Shown here in pieces: positions 23,211-36,769 of a DNA stretch of 64,000 bases. The notes under the pieces are model-generated. The model had not been told where the DNA came from and ran no database searches. It saw only the letters and a program-made list of their open reading frames with translations. The translations under genes were made by a program, and so were the position numbers. Every line of letters starts with the position of its first letter. Positions within the stretch are counted from its first letter, which is position 1. Source of the stretch: Octopus sinensis. Lineage: Eukaryota. The stretch lies in the NCBI RefSeq assembly GCF_006345805.1, contig NC_043003.1:6882001-6946000 (forward strand), in the 5' to 3' direction.

Positions 23211-23591
23211 TTATAGACAAAGTTCTTTGCTGTCCCTCCTCCGGGCTTTCGCTGCCAAATCTCTCGCTGTGACCGTCGAGGAAGTCCTCGGTCGGAATTC
23301 CAGTTGACTGATTTCTTCATTTGTCGTTGATTGTGCTGCTGAAGCCCGAATAATCAGGCTCCTGTTTCTAATGAGGGAAGGGTACAAAGGGGGATCGATG
23401 CCATTTGCCATGCCCTCATCATCATCCTCATCATCCTCGTCGTCATCGTCGTCGTCGTCATCATCATCTTCTTCTTCAACCATATCACCATTGGTGTCAA
23501 TACAGCCCTGACTTTGTTTTATTGATTCCACTGTGTTCTGGATGTTGAGGAATTGTCTCCTTAAAAGAACATCATGTTGGCGAAGATCAAT
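23211..23591 (-). CDS. Terminal coding exon of a FAM167/LURAP-like coiled-coil protein with acidic tract
   Basis: Acceptor tttcatttttctag at 23592; IDLRQHDVLLRRQFLNIQNTVESIKQSQGC...EEEDDDDDDDDDDEDDEDDDE...RPRTSS...RRRDSKELCL*. The acidic run uses mixed GAT/GAC/GAG/GAA codons, as expected for coding sequence. Confidence 0.85.
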   Translation of the reverse strand: MDLRQHDVLLRRQFLNIQNTVESIKQSQGCIDTNGDMVEEEDDDDDDDDDDEDDEDDDEGMANGIDPPLYPSLIRNRSLIIRASAAQSTTNEEISQLEFRPRTSSTVTARDLAAKARRRDSKELCL

Positions 23592-23782
23592 CTAGAAAAA
23601 TGAAACCAGAAAAAAGATGAAAGTTTTCAGTCAATACATTGATAATATTAGACTGCTACACAAGTCTTAAACAAGTTGTTTTACTCTAGTGAGATATTTC
23701 AGTTTTCCAATTTAGTTCTTACACACACACACAAATATATATACATACATACATATCTATTTCTTTATTACCCACAAGGGGC

Positions 23783-24030
23783 CAAACAAGGACAGACAAA
23801 GGGATTAAGAGGGGACATAGAGGGGCCAAACAAGGACAGACAAAGGGGTTAAGAGGGGACATAGAGGAGACAAACAAGGACAGACAAAGGGATTAAGAGG
23901 GGACATAGAGGGGCCAAACAAGGACAGACAAAGGGATTAAGAGGGGACATAGAGGGGACAAACAAGGACAGACAAAGGGATTAAGAGGGGACATAGAGGG
24001 GACAAACAAGGACAGACAAAGGGATTAAGT
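23783..24030 (-). repeat. 44-bp tandem repeat (~6 units) expanded in a family C SINE tail
   Basis: CAAACAAGGACAGACAAAGGG recurs at 23783, 23827, 23871, 23915, 23959, 24003. Confidence 0.9.
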
Positions 24031-24662
24031 CGTTTACATTGACTCCAGTGCATAACTGGTACTTAATTTATCGACCCCCGAAAGGATGAAAGGCAAAGTC
24101 TACTTCGAGGGAATTTGAACTCGGAAGGTAGTGGCAGACAAAATACCGCTAAGCGTTTCACCCGGCATGCTAACGTTTCTGCCAGCTCGCCGCCTTCATC
24201 ATCATCATCATCATCAGTTCACATCTGCTATCCATACTGGAATGAGTTGGTCTATTTGACAGGGTCCCATAATGTCAGAGGGTCACGTACTGCTGCCCGA
24301 GTCTCTCTTTGGGCATGGATGCCCATCCTAATACTTTTTTCCATGGCTCCACCACTAGTAATTCACAAGACTATGGAGTCCTCTTCACCGAGTGGAAGAA
24401 AGAGAATGCAAAGGGTTAGCAGAAGGGGCAAGGACAGGTTTGTTGCTAGAGATGAGATACACGCCTACCCAACATTATATAAGGGTGGGCAGGAGTAATA
24501 GGGTGGAGCTGGAAAGATGAATAAAGATGGTGTCAACAAGGCGTCAGAGTGTATCCTCAAGACATAAGAAGGTTGATTGGAAGAGAGCATGGGGGACAGA
24601 TGAAGAGGGGGGGTGTTTGTAAGAGTTGGTCAGAGGTTGAGAGTGGCTTAGAAAAAAGGAAA

Positions 24663-24762
24663 CTGTGTGTGTGTGTGTGTATGTGTGTGTGTGTGTGTGT
24701 ATGTGTGTGTGTGTGTGTATGTGTGTGTGTGTGTGTATGTGTGTGTGTGTATGTGTGTGTGT

Positions 24763-24806
<44 letters not shown>

Positions 24807-24998
24807 TGGTGTGTATGTGTGTGTGTGTGTGTATGTGTGTGTGTGTGTATGTGTGTGTGTGTATGTGTGTGTGTGTGTGTGTGTTGTATGTGTGTGTGGT
24901 GTATGTGTGTGTGTGTATGTGTGTGTGTGTGTGTATGTGTGTGGTGTATGTGTGTGTGTGTGGTGTATGTGTGTGTGGTGTATGTGTGTGTGTGTGTA

Positions 24999-25030
<32 letters not shown>

Positions 25031-25118
25031 TGTGTGTGTATGTGTGTGTGTGTATGTGTGTGTGTGTGTGTGTATGTGTGTGTGTGTGTGTGTATGTGTG
25101 TGTGTGTGTGTGTGTGTG
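24663..25118. repeat. Compound (GT)n/(GTAT) microsatellite, ~455 bp
   Basis: Direct inspection. Confidence 0.97.
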
Positions 25119-25162
25119 CATTCGGTGGCCTTGTGCACAGTGATACAAAATCATTTCAAGAA

Positions 25163-25580
25163 GAGACTTACTCTTTACTCTTTTACTTGTTTCAGTCATT
25201 TTGACTGTGGCCATGCTGGAGCATCGCCTTTAGTCGAGCAAATCGACCCCAGGACTTATTCTTTGTAAGTCTAGTACTTATTCTATTGTTCTCTTTTTGC
25301 TGAACCACTAAGTTACGGGGACGTAAACACACCAGCATCGGTTGTCAAGCAATGCTAGGGGGGACAAACACAGAAACACAAACACATACACACACATGCA
25401 TATATATACATACATATATACGACGGGCTTCTTTTCAGTTTCTGTCTACCAAATCCATTCACAAGGCTTTGGTCGGCCCGAGGCTATAGTAGAAGACACT
25501 TGGCCATGGTGCCACGCAGTGGGAATGAACCTGGCGACCATGTGGTTGGTAAGCAAGCTACTTACCACACAGCCACTCCT
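25163..25580 (-). mobile_element. SINE family B copy
   Basis: Reverse complement of 21944-22362. Confidence 0.85.
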
Positions 25581-25822
25581 GCACATGATAAATGCCTTTT
25601 AAAAGAAATCATCATCATCATCATCACCATCATCATCATACACATTAATTTACTTCTCTAATCCTTTTCCATTCTGGTAACAATTTTCTGAGACGGTGTC
25701 TTTACAGCTGAAAACTCTTCCTCTGACCAACACTTTAACTCACTTCATACAACACACCACAACCATAAAAAGAAAAAAAGGAAAATGGGGCAAAAAAGAG
25801 ACCCTTTCATGTGAACACTCAC

Positions 25823-26031
25823 CAGTTCGTGTCGCAACCACATTATAGCTTGGCGCAAATCTGCCAAGCGACTCTCGTTGTTTGTGCCATTGCACCTCAC
25901 GTTGCTTATATGCATGTTTTCTAAATCACGGAATGACGTAGCTTGATGCACAAATCTTTGAAACCTTTTCGGCAGTTTTACAGAACCAGGTAGATGGGCA
26001 TTGTACAAGGGCACAACATCCCAGTACCCAC
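25823..26031 (-). CDS. Penultimate coding exon of the FAM167/LURAP-like gene
   Basis: Acceptor gttctatttcag (phase 1), 209 nt open, ends ...LADLRQAIMWLRHEL, donor GTGAGT (phase 0) joining in frame to 23591. Confidence 0.85.
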
Positions 26032-26708
26032 CTGAAATAGAACAACAATATATTTCTTTACTACCCACAAGGGGCTAAACATAGAGTGGACAAACAAGGA
26101 GAGACAAAGGGATTAAGTCGATTACATCAACCCCCAGTGCATAACTGGTACTTAATTTATCGACCCCAAAAGGATGAAAGGCAAAGTCGGCCTCGGCGGA
26201 ATTTGAACTCAGAACATAACGGCAGACAAAATACGGCTACGCATTTCGCCCAGCATGCTATCATTTCTGCCAGCTTGCCGCCTTCATAGAACAATAATAG
26301 ATCTATATAATGGCATGTCTTGGACCACAGCTAACTGGACTGACCACTAGACCACTGTGGGGTGACCTAGGGTTAAACAACAACATACATTTAGCAATAT
26401 TGACATAGTTGAGAACATCATCATCATCATCATCGTAATTTTATGACCGTCCATTATGCTGTGACGGGATGGACAGCTTGACAAAATACTAAACAAACAA
26501 CACTAGGTATAAGGCTGAGCTGCAGAATGGCCAGAAGCCAGTGATTTCTTATTCTGTCCTTTTAATATCTGTGATGTAATCAATCTTGAAGAAAGACACG
26601 TATATATATGTATAAACACACATATAAACACTCGTAGAAACAATCACACATATATAAACACATCTACAGTTGTGCACATATACATACATTGTACATATGA
26701 GTTCATAA

Positions 26709-26755
<47 letters not shown>

Positions 26756-28159
26756 TTGAAACATCAGTTATATGAAAAAATATTAAATATTTACTGTGTG
26801 ATGCTGTCATCACTAATTCCATATAGACAAAGAAGTCTACGATTTACTGAGGAGGTCTCATATGGTGGAAACAAGTGCAAAGTTGTCTCCTCTAGTCTAT
26901 AGTAGAGGATTCATAGTATCTGTTCTACCCTTAAGCCTCTAATAATGTAGCAAGGTTGATGTTGTCAACAATAAAGAATACACTGTAACTGTTATCATCA
27001 TCATCATCATCATCATCGTTTAACGTCCGCTTTCCATGCTAGCATGGGTTGGACAATTTGACTGAGGTCTGGCAAACCAAACTCCAATCTGATCTGGCAG
27101 AGTTTCTACAGCTGGATGCCCTTCCTAACACCAACCACTCTGAGAGTGTAGTGGGTGTTTTTACGTGCCACCAGCATGAGGGCCAGTGTGGTGGTACTGG
27201 CAAACGGCCATGATCGGATGGTGCTTTTACGTGCCACCGGCACGGGGCCAGGCAAGGCTGGCAACGGCCACGAACAGATGGTGCTTTTTACGAGGGCCAG
27301 TTTGGTGGTACTGGCAACGACCATGCCCAAATGGTGCTTTTTACGTGCCGACAATACAAAATCAAAACAGCGGCAGTAACAAACATGTAACGGACCAACA
27401 ATCAATATTTCCAACAGACTAACTTGAATGGTTAAACTGTACCTGGACTTCAAAGGCCAAACTACAAACTGCTGGCTGCATCAGACTGCTGCGATTTATA
27501 TGTAGTGCTCCCACCTATTCTTGTCAGAGGTGTCACACTCTTGCCACAACAGTATCTTAGGTAAACATTTTCTACTATAGCCTAGGAATTGGTAGACAGA
27601 AACTGTATGTATATAGTATATATAAATCAAAAATCAAAAGCAAAAATCAAAATCAAAATCAAATTCGATGACTGGCGTCTGTGCTAGCAGGGTGCAAATC
27701 ATCATCATCATCATCATCGTTTAATGTACGCCTTCCATGCTAGCATGAGTTGGACGGTTTGACTGAGGGCTGGCGAACCAGATGGCTGCACCAGTCTCCA
27801 GACTTGATCTGGCAGAGTTTCTACAGCTGGATGCCCTTCCTAATGCCAACCACTCTGAGAGTGTGACCCTTGCAAAACAAGTAAAGGTTGTTGACAGGAA
27901 AGGCATCCTTGCTATCGAATACTGCCTAAAATACAAGTGTGTTTAACCCATTCTAGCATTAAAAACAAGAGATATTTAACAAGCCAACACCTTAGAACAC
28001 AGTAGTCACTGAGAGATTGTCTTTTGTTCATTGCATAATTATTTCTAATGAATTATTTTCATAGTCACCACATTATATTAAAACAAAATAAACTATTGCT
28101 TGTCATGTGAATGGCATCTCTGACAAATGAATTTACTTCTGGGATTTCACTCACTCACC

Positions 28160-28161
28160 CA

Positions 28162-28259
<98 letters not shown>

Positions 28260-28424
28260 CTTTTTCTCTTTTTCCTCTATGAGTTGTTATCTTTCTCAAA
28301 CATGTATGTATTTATGTATAAATGCATACATAAATGCATATATGTTGTATATATATATATATATATATAAATGGCAGTACCCCAGCATGGCCACAGCTCG
28401 TGAGCTGAAACTAGATAAAATAAA

Positions 28425-28522
<98 letters not shown>

Positions 28523-28925
28523 CAAACATACATACATACAAACATACATACATACAAACATACATACATACATACATACATACATACATACATACAAACA
28601 TACATACATAAAATTTTCCAGATGTTTTTAAATATATATGAGCATGTCTAGACATACAACTACATGCATGAGAATACATACATAAGACAAAACATACAAA
28701 TCTGCACACATACATACATACATTCAAAAACATCCTGTTGTTGATGTTGAAATTCCAATAAAAGAGCCTTGGATCTAGGTTAGAAACCGGTTCTTACTGT
28801 ATTGGCAAGAAATCTTGAAATAAAACACTGAATAATGACATACATACATGTAAATATAGATATGTATGTTTGTTTGTATGTATGTTATGTATGTATGTAT
28901 GTATGTATGTATGTGTGTGTGTGTT

Positions 28926-28956
<31 letters not shown>

Positions 28957-29221
28957 ATGTATATATGTATGTATGCATGTATGTATGTATGTATATATGT
29001 ATGTATGTATGTGTGTATGTATGTGTGTATGTATGTATGTATGTATGTATGTATGTATGTATATGTATGTATGTGTGTGTGTCTGTGTGTGTGTATGTAT
29101 GTATGTATGTGTGTATGTATGTATGTATGTATGTATGTGTGTGTATGTGTATGTATGTATGTATGGATGTGTGTATGTATGTATGTATATATATATGTAT
29201 GTATACATGCATGTATATATG

Positions 29222-29260
<39 letters not shown>

Positions 29261-30075
29261 ACATACAAACATACATACATACACATACATACATACATAC
29301 AAACATACATACATACATACATACATACATACATACATACATACAAACATACATACAAAAATACACAAAAAATTTCCAGATGTTTTTAAATATATATGAG
29401 CATGTCTAGACATACAACTACATGCATGAGAATACATACATAAGACAAAACATACAAATCTGCACACATACATACATACATTCAAAAACATCCTGTTGTT
29501 GATGTTGAAATCCAATAAAAGAGCCTTGGATCTAGTTAGAAACCGGTTCTTACTGTATTGGCAAGAAATCTTGAAATAAAACTGAATAATGACATACATA
29601 CATGTAAATATAGATTGTATTTTGTTTGTATGTTGTATGTATGTATGTATGTATGTATGTATGTATGTATGTATGTATGTTGTGTGTGTTTTGGTGTGTG
29701 TGTGTATGTATGTATGTATGTATGTATATATGTATGTATGCATGTATGATGTATGTATATATGTATGTATGTATGTATGTGTGTATGTATGTGTGTTGTA
29801 TGTATGTATGTATGTATGTATGTAGTATATGTATGTATGTGTGTGTGTCTGTGTGTGTGTATGTATGTATGTATGTATGTGTGTATGTATGTATGTATGT
29901 ATGTATGTGTGTGTATGTGTATGTATGTATGTATGGATGTGTGTATGTATGTATGTATATATATATGTATGTATACATGCATGTATATATGTATGTATAT
30001 ATATATATATATATACCTATATACCACACATGTACACAAACACATACACGCACACATGTACACATACACACACAG
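28160..30075. repeat. Compound microsatellite block (CT)n, (TA)n, (TACA)n, (TATG)n containing a ~760-bp tandem duplication
   Basis: A unique ~260-bp core (AAAATTTTCCAGATG...CATGTAAATATAGA) occurs at ~28611-28860 and ~29371-29615. Confidence 0.92.
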
Positions 30076-30378
30076 TCTGCATGATGTCTCAAGAGATGTG
30101 GATGAAAATACTTTCTTCTGCAGAGGGGAAAAAAACAAACGCACCTAAAAAGCAAAAAACAAATACAAACAAAAACCAAAGTTGTGTGAGTGTGTGATTA
30201 GATATCGCTGTGCCTGTGCGGAAGTATGCATTCTTGGAATGGGGTCACATTCGTATGACATGGGAAGTTCTAGAATATCACCTTATGTCGGAGGAGAGAG
30301 ATTTATAGAAAGCGAAAAAAAAGTATTTATACACACACATGTATGTGTATGAGTATGCTACATACATGCATATATACG

Positions 30379-30429
<51 letters not shown>

Positions 30430-30431
30430 CA

Positions 30432-30480
<49 letters not shown>

Positions 30481-30681
30481 ATACATATATATATATATAT
30501 AATATATACCCGCGAAACCGGTAATTTCATTAAAAAATTTTAAAATTATGTCATTTTAAGGAAAGGAAAAAAATTTTTCAATATTCTCCAGACATTTTGA
30601 CACAAATATATATATTTTTTAACATTTAAGCCTTCTGTCGTTTTTTCACACTTTACTATTTTCTTATATATATACATATAT

Positions 30682-30713
<32 letters not shown>

Positions 30714-30770
30714 CTGCACGTATACAAATGTACATAATACTCACATACACATGTGGTATTATATCTAGCC

Positions 30771-30809
<39 letters not shown>

Positions 30810-31929
30810 GTGTGTGTATATAACAGTACAGAAGAGTCATACAGACCATATAATTGGATACTAAAACTATTGAAATTCACTTTAAGTTTTATTTCATGAT
30901 GTATCAACACTTTTGGTGCACCATTGCGACCTGGTCCCTGGTGCAGATTCAGTGCACTTTTATCACATTAGAGTGAATTTAACAGCTTCATACTTGGGAT
31001 AAAATGGTTGACGTGGCCTTTCCGTAACATACAACTTGTTCCCACAGCACACACTGTTTCAGATGAAGTCACCTACTGGACAACAACAAATCCAATATAT
31101 CTGTTTCTTTATTGCCCACAAGGGGCTAAACATAGAGGGGACAATCAAGGACAGACAAACGGATTAAGTCGATTACATCGACCCCAGTGCGTAACTGGTA
31201 CTTAATTTATCGACCCCGAAAGGATGAAAGGCAAAGTCGACCTCGGCGGAATTTGAACTCAGAACGCAACGACAGATGCAATACCGCTTAGCATTTTGCC
31301 CGGCATGCTAATGTTTCTGCCAGCTCACTGGCAATATATCATCATGATCATCACGTGTATGTGTGTGTGTGTTTGAGGGAAGGAGAGACACAGACAGACA
31401 ATAAGAAAGAGATATAAATGGGTGGATAGATAATAGGAGTGAGAGACAAACAAAATCAGAAATAGTAAGACCTGTTGCTTGCGAAGACCTGTTGAGGCAA
31501 GTGAAATCGAAATCGAAATCGCTCAAAAATCAATGGAAATTGTAGCTGTGATATCAGTGCTGGTGGCACGTAAAAGAACCATCCGAACATGGCCGTTGCC
31601 AGCGCCGCTCTGACTGGCCTCCGTGCTGGTGGCACGTAAAAAGCACCAACCGATCGTGGCCGTTCCCAGCCTCACCTGGCATGTAAAAAGCACCCACTAC
31701 ACTCATGGAGTGGTTGGCGTTAGGAAGGGCATCCAGCTGTAGAAACACTGCCTGATCAGACTGGACCTGGTGCAGCCTCTTGGCTTCCCAGACCCCAGTC
31801 GAACCGTCCAACCCATGCTAGCATGGAAAACGGACGTTAAATGATGATGATGATGATGATGATGATAAAATCCAGAAACAGTTTTGGCGGCTGATTTTTT
31901 AATGTGGATTGAAAGAATTGTGACCATGG

Positions 31930-32300
31930 TGCAGGAGTGGCTGTGTGGTAAGTAGCTTGCTAACCAGCCACATGGTTCCGGGTTCAGTCCCACAGCGTGG
32001 CATCTTGGGCAAGTGTCTTCTGCTATAGACGGAAACTGAAAGAAGCCTGTCGTATATATGTATATATATATATGTATGTGTGTGTGTGCCTGTGTTTGTC
32101 CCCCTAGCATTGCTTGACAACCAATGCTGGTGTGTTTATGTCCCCGTCACTTAGCGGTCCGGCAAAAAAAAAGAGGCCGATAGAATAAGTACTGGGCTTA
32201 CAAAGAATAAGTCCCGGGATCGATTTGCTTGACTAAAGGTGGTGCTCCAGCATGGCCGCAGTCAAATGACTGAAACAAGTAAAAGAGTAAAAGAGAGAGA
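31930..32300 (+). mobile_element. SINE family B copy (internal deletion)
   Basis: Matches 21944-22362 but lacks the CCCCGGGCCGACC...GGATTTGG segment. Confidence 0.85.
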
Positions 32301-32639
32301 GAGTATGGCCTTGACAGGGCATTGAAACAAGAGAGACTGATGAGACTAATGAGATTGATGCTGATGACATTCTGTTTAATCTATTGTCAAAGACTGAATG
32401 AAAGACATGCATGTAGAAAATTCCAGAGGGAAAAGATCAGCCGTAATAATGGTGGGTGAGTGGGGAGAGGATATTGAACGGATGTGAAGAGTGAAAAAGG
32501 AAAGCTGAGGTCCTTTCGAGGTCAATGAAATAAGTACCAGTTACGCACTGAGGTTGACGTAAACTGGCTAACTTCTTCCCTAAAATTTCAGGCCTTGTGC
32601 CTACAGTAGAATGATTATCATCATCAGCAGCAGCAGCAG

Positions 32640-32990
32640 GAGGCACAATGGCCCAATGGTTAGGGCAGCGAACTCGCGGTCGGAGGATCGCGGTTTCGAT
32701 TCCCAGACCGGCGTTGTGTATGTTTATTGAGTGAAAACACCTAAAGCACCACGAGGCTCTGGCAGGAGGGGGGGGTGGCCATCCCTGCTGCACTCTTTCA
32801 CCACAACTTTCTCTCACTCTTTCTTCCTGTTTCTTGTCCCCGACTTCCTACGCAACCGCTGAGCCTGGATGCGCATTCATCCATCCGTCGATGCTCTCGG
32901 TGTCGGGGGTTGACCTGCTTTCTCTTCTGCGGGCCTTACGAATAGCAAAGGACCACGTTTTGGACTTCTCCCACTACAGGGACGAAGACC
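32640..32990 (+). mobile_element. Family A SINE variant with a different 3' body
   Basis: Same head and first ~190 bp as 697-1084, then diverges into CCCGACTTCCTACGCAACCGCTGAGCCTGGATGCGC... Confidence 0.7.
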
Positions 32991-33276
32991 GCTTCGCTCA
33001 ACGACAACAGCAGCAGCAGCAGGGGGGGGGGGGAGGAGGAGGAGGAGAAATAATAAGGTGGTGAACTGGCAGAATCGTTAAGCACACTGGACAAAATGCT
33101 CAGCAGCATTTTGTCTGTCTTAATGTTCTGCATTCAAATTCCACCAAGGTCAGCTTTGCCTTTCATCCTTCCAGGGTCAATAAAAATAGGTGCCAGTTGA
33201 GCACTGGGGTCAATGTAACTGACTAACACACTCTCCCAAAATTGCTGGCCTTGTGCCAAAATTTGAAGCCACTAAG

Positions 33277-33293
33277 AGCAGCAGCAGCAGCAT

Positions 33294-33351
<58 letters not shown>

Positions 33352-33441
33352 GGTGGTGGTGGTGGTGGTGTGGTGGTGGTGGTGGCGGTGGTCGTGGCGG
33401 GCGGCGGCAGCGGCGGCGGCGGCGACAGCGGCGGCGGCAGC

Positions 33442-33472
<31 letters not shown>

Positions 33473-33527
33473 GCAGCGGCGACGGCAGCAGTGTAGCATT
33501 AGTAGTAGTAGTAGTAGTATTAGTAGT

Positions 33528-33598
<71 letters not shown>

Positions 33599-33600
33599 CA
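33277..33600. repeat. Mosaic trinucleotide array (GCA)/(AGT)/(GGT)/(GGC)
   Basis: In-phase succession AGC-AGT-GGT-GGC/AGC-AGT-AGC-AGT. Confidence 0.95.
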
Positions 33601-35149
33601 GTAAAACAGCAAGCTGGCAGATTCATAACAGGTAAAATGTTTAGTGACATTTCATCTGTCGTTTACATTCTAAGATCAAATATCACCAGGGTTGACTTTG
33701 CCTTTCATCATATTGGGGGCTGATAAAATAAGTACCAGTTGACTACTGGGGCTGATGTAAACAACTTACTCCCTGCCCCCATAACTGCTCAGGCCATAGC
33801 AAAAGTAGCCGCATCTGCTAACGATTCAGCCAAATTGCCACCTTAAATAATAACAACAATGGTTTCACATTTCAGCACAAGACCAGCAGCTTCAGGTTAA
33901 GCAATTGACCAGCAAATCTGCAGCATTGAGCTGACCATTTGTTGTAGTCCCATCTTTTACACCGAGACAAAACCTGTACATGATAGCACTTCCAATCGGT
34001 TAAGGTCAGAAGCCATGAGAGCCACTGCCTAGCAGAGCATCATGGCATTCATTATTGATTATGGCAGAAAGGTGACAGAATTGTTTGGGTTTCAGACAAA
34101 ACACTTTAGCAGCGTTTCCTTTTTACAGTCTAGGTTCAATTTCCGCTAATACTGACTTCATCCTTTCAGAATCAATGGATTTAAGAATTAGTCAAGTATG
34201 AAGGTCATCATCATCATCATCATCATTGTTTAACGTCCATTTTCCATGCTAGCATGGGTTGGATGGTTCAACCAGGGTCTGGGAAGCCAGGAGGCTGCAC
34301 CAGGCTCCAGTCTGATCTGGCAGTGTGTCTACAGCTGGATGCCCTTCGTAACACCAACCACTCTGAGAGTGTAGTGGGTGCTTTTTACGTGCCGCCAGCA
34401 CAGGTGCCAGGGGAGGCTGGTAACAGCCACGATTGGTTGGTGCTTTTTACGTGCCACCAGCATGGAAGCCAGTCGAGGCATCGCTGGCATCGGCCACGTT
34501 CAGCTGGTGCTTTTTATGTGCCACCAGCACAGGGATCACAACTACAGTTCCCATTGATTTTTGATGCTGATGTACTTGACTCAATAGGTCTCCTCAAGCA
34601 CAGGGTTGACACGGTGTTTCTTGTGATTTGCCCCAGTCCTCAGAACTGCTAGCTTTGTGCCAAAACTTCATAAAATAATATTACTCACGGACTCTTTTAT
34701 CATAGATGAGGGAGGAGGGTTCCACAATTTCTTGTAGAATAACCTGCACCAATGATTTGTTTATAGTGATCAAATGTTTGAGATGTACACACTCTGTCCA
34801 TCAAATTGACATTGCCTGCTAAGGTGCACAGTGAGCTGTGTGTCAGACTAGCAGAAATACCCATCGTTGACTGGGTTCAGAAAGAGTCTTCAAAAATTAT
34901 ACCCTGATTTATGAAAGTTACTGCTTCAATATTATTAAATGTTTCATAGTTATTAAATTATTAAATGTTTCGGCCGAAAAAGTTATAATATTTTACTAAT
35001 GGGCCTGTCTCTGGTCAGTCTCTTCAGCTCCTTCTCTTTTCCTATGCTGAGATTGCTTAGGAAGTCGAAATCTAATTTTTTCCGGAGGCATTGTAGTAGG
35101 GTGAATTAATCTATAAGATAGGGGACTTAACTCATGTTAGCAAACTTAC

Positions 35150-35272
35150 AGATTTCATCGACATGAAAATTGGGAAAAGTTATGGCTGGAAAGCTATTTT
35201 TACCACTATCCGGAGGTGCCTCAGGAAAAGTAAGTTGACAAAAGCACAGCCATGATTGTGACCAATGTCCTC
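35150..35272 (-). CDS. Candidate upstream exon of the FAM167/LURAP-like gene
   Basis: Acceptor ccaattttag, donor GTAAGT, 123 nt, phase 1-1, open (GHWSQSWLCFCQLTFPEAPPDSGKNSFPAITFPNFHVDEI) in the frame needed to join 26031. No homology recognised. Confidence 0.45.
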
Positions 35273-35559
35273 CTAAAATTGGAGCAACATGCGTGCTAAT
35301 TCATGGACAGGCATAAAGTACATTCATTACACACACACACACATCCTGCCTTTTATAGATATAGATGTCAACATGACAACAGAGCAACACAATACCCTGC
35401 TTAGTCTGGTAACTGAAACCATGACCTCATGCTCACCAGTACAACAGCCCAAACTGTACACCATGTGCCCTCACACCTCATCATCAGTATCACTATTAAT
35501 TTACAAAAAAGCAGTGAATTGGCAAAATCATTAGACTATGAGAAAAAGTGCCAGGTGTG

Positions 35560-35607
<48 letters not shown>

Positions 35608-36231
35608 TGTGCATGTGTGTGTGTGTGTTGTGTGTGTGTGTGTGTGTGTGTGTGTTCCACTTTTTATTTACCCATGTACCAAGTTAAGCCACTTCATATA
35701 AAGAAAAATTCAATTTGAATATATCCAGAAAGATAAAAATAAATATCAGACAGAGATGGTGATAGTGCTGCCTTGAAAGTAGTGCTCCAGTATGACCAAT
35801 GCCCAATGTCTGAGAAGAATAAATGATTGTAAAACAGACAATTCCAGCCCTCATCTACCCCACACAATCCTATCCCAACTGGATGGAATGAGGTGGGGCA
35901 GAAGCTATATAAAGCAGCAAGTTTAGAATAAACTGACCTGCTTAAACAGACACAGGTTTGTCTGTCAGATGAACGAAGGCGGAAGCAAGATCTGAGAGAT
36001 TTGCCCAAGCACAACAAACTCTTCACTCAATCAAAATATTACAGCACCGTTGTCCTATAATAAATGTATCCACACTGTTAGCTTTTAATAACTGGTTTGT
36101 GTGCATGTCTGTGTAGATTTGGTTCATGCAATGAGGTAACATTAAATTTAAATGGCCATCTGTGTTTCATGTAGCATACTTCTCCACCACATAACCACAC
36201 CTCTGCACCAGTCATATGTGTATGTATATAT

Positions 36232-36277
<46 letters not shown>

Positions 36278-36297
36278 CATCTTCATATATATATATA

Positions 36298-36482
36298 TAT
36301 AATCAAAATAAGCAACAAAGATATCCAAGGTAGTGTAGTACAATCGTTTCATGCTTCTTCGTTTTATTAAACACTGTAAGTATTACATCAGTTTTAAAAT
36401 GGCGAGTGTTTAATAAAATGAAGTAGCATGAAACAATTGTACTACTCTACCTTGGATATCCTTGTTGCTTGTTTTGATTATA
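36298..36482. repeat. Foldback MITE, ~78-bp arms, 29-nt loop, TA-rich ends
   Basis: TATAATCAAAATAAGCAAC..TTATTAAACACT (36298-36375) pairs with AGTGTTTAATAA..GTTGCTTGTTTTGATTATA (36405-36482). Confidence 0.88.
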
Positions 36483-36769
36483 ATCACCCCATTTGATTTA
36501 TATGGATAATACCATACAAAATTCTGATGCCTTTAACTTAAGTACCATATTCATCTGAATCTAAATTTTGCTGAACTTATATGAATGGATGTATAGACAC
36601 ACATACACATCCACATATGTGTGTGTGAGGGGGGGAGGTATGCATATGTATATAAATACATACAGATAAGACTGTAGGACATAAATTGAGGTTGGTTTTA
36701 GCAATTATTTTTAATAAGTATACGCTTACCATGTAGTGGTCTCTATTATTGATGAAGTTCCGTGTCAGA

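Noticed and set aside
24549-30197. Long ORFs rich in VC/HT/YI/MYVC
   Set aside because: Translations of (GT)n, (TA)n and (TATG)n microsatellites; no coding signal.
33210-33723. Poly-T/A/P/L and poly-S/G/V ORFs
   Set aside because: Pure trinucleotide microsatellite translations without splice signals or unique flanking coding sequence.
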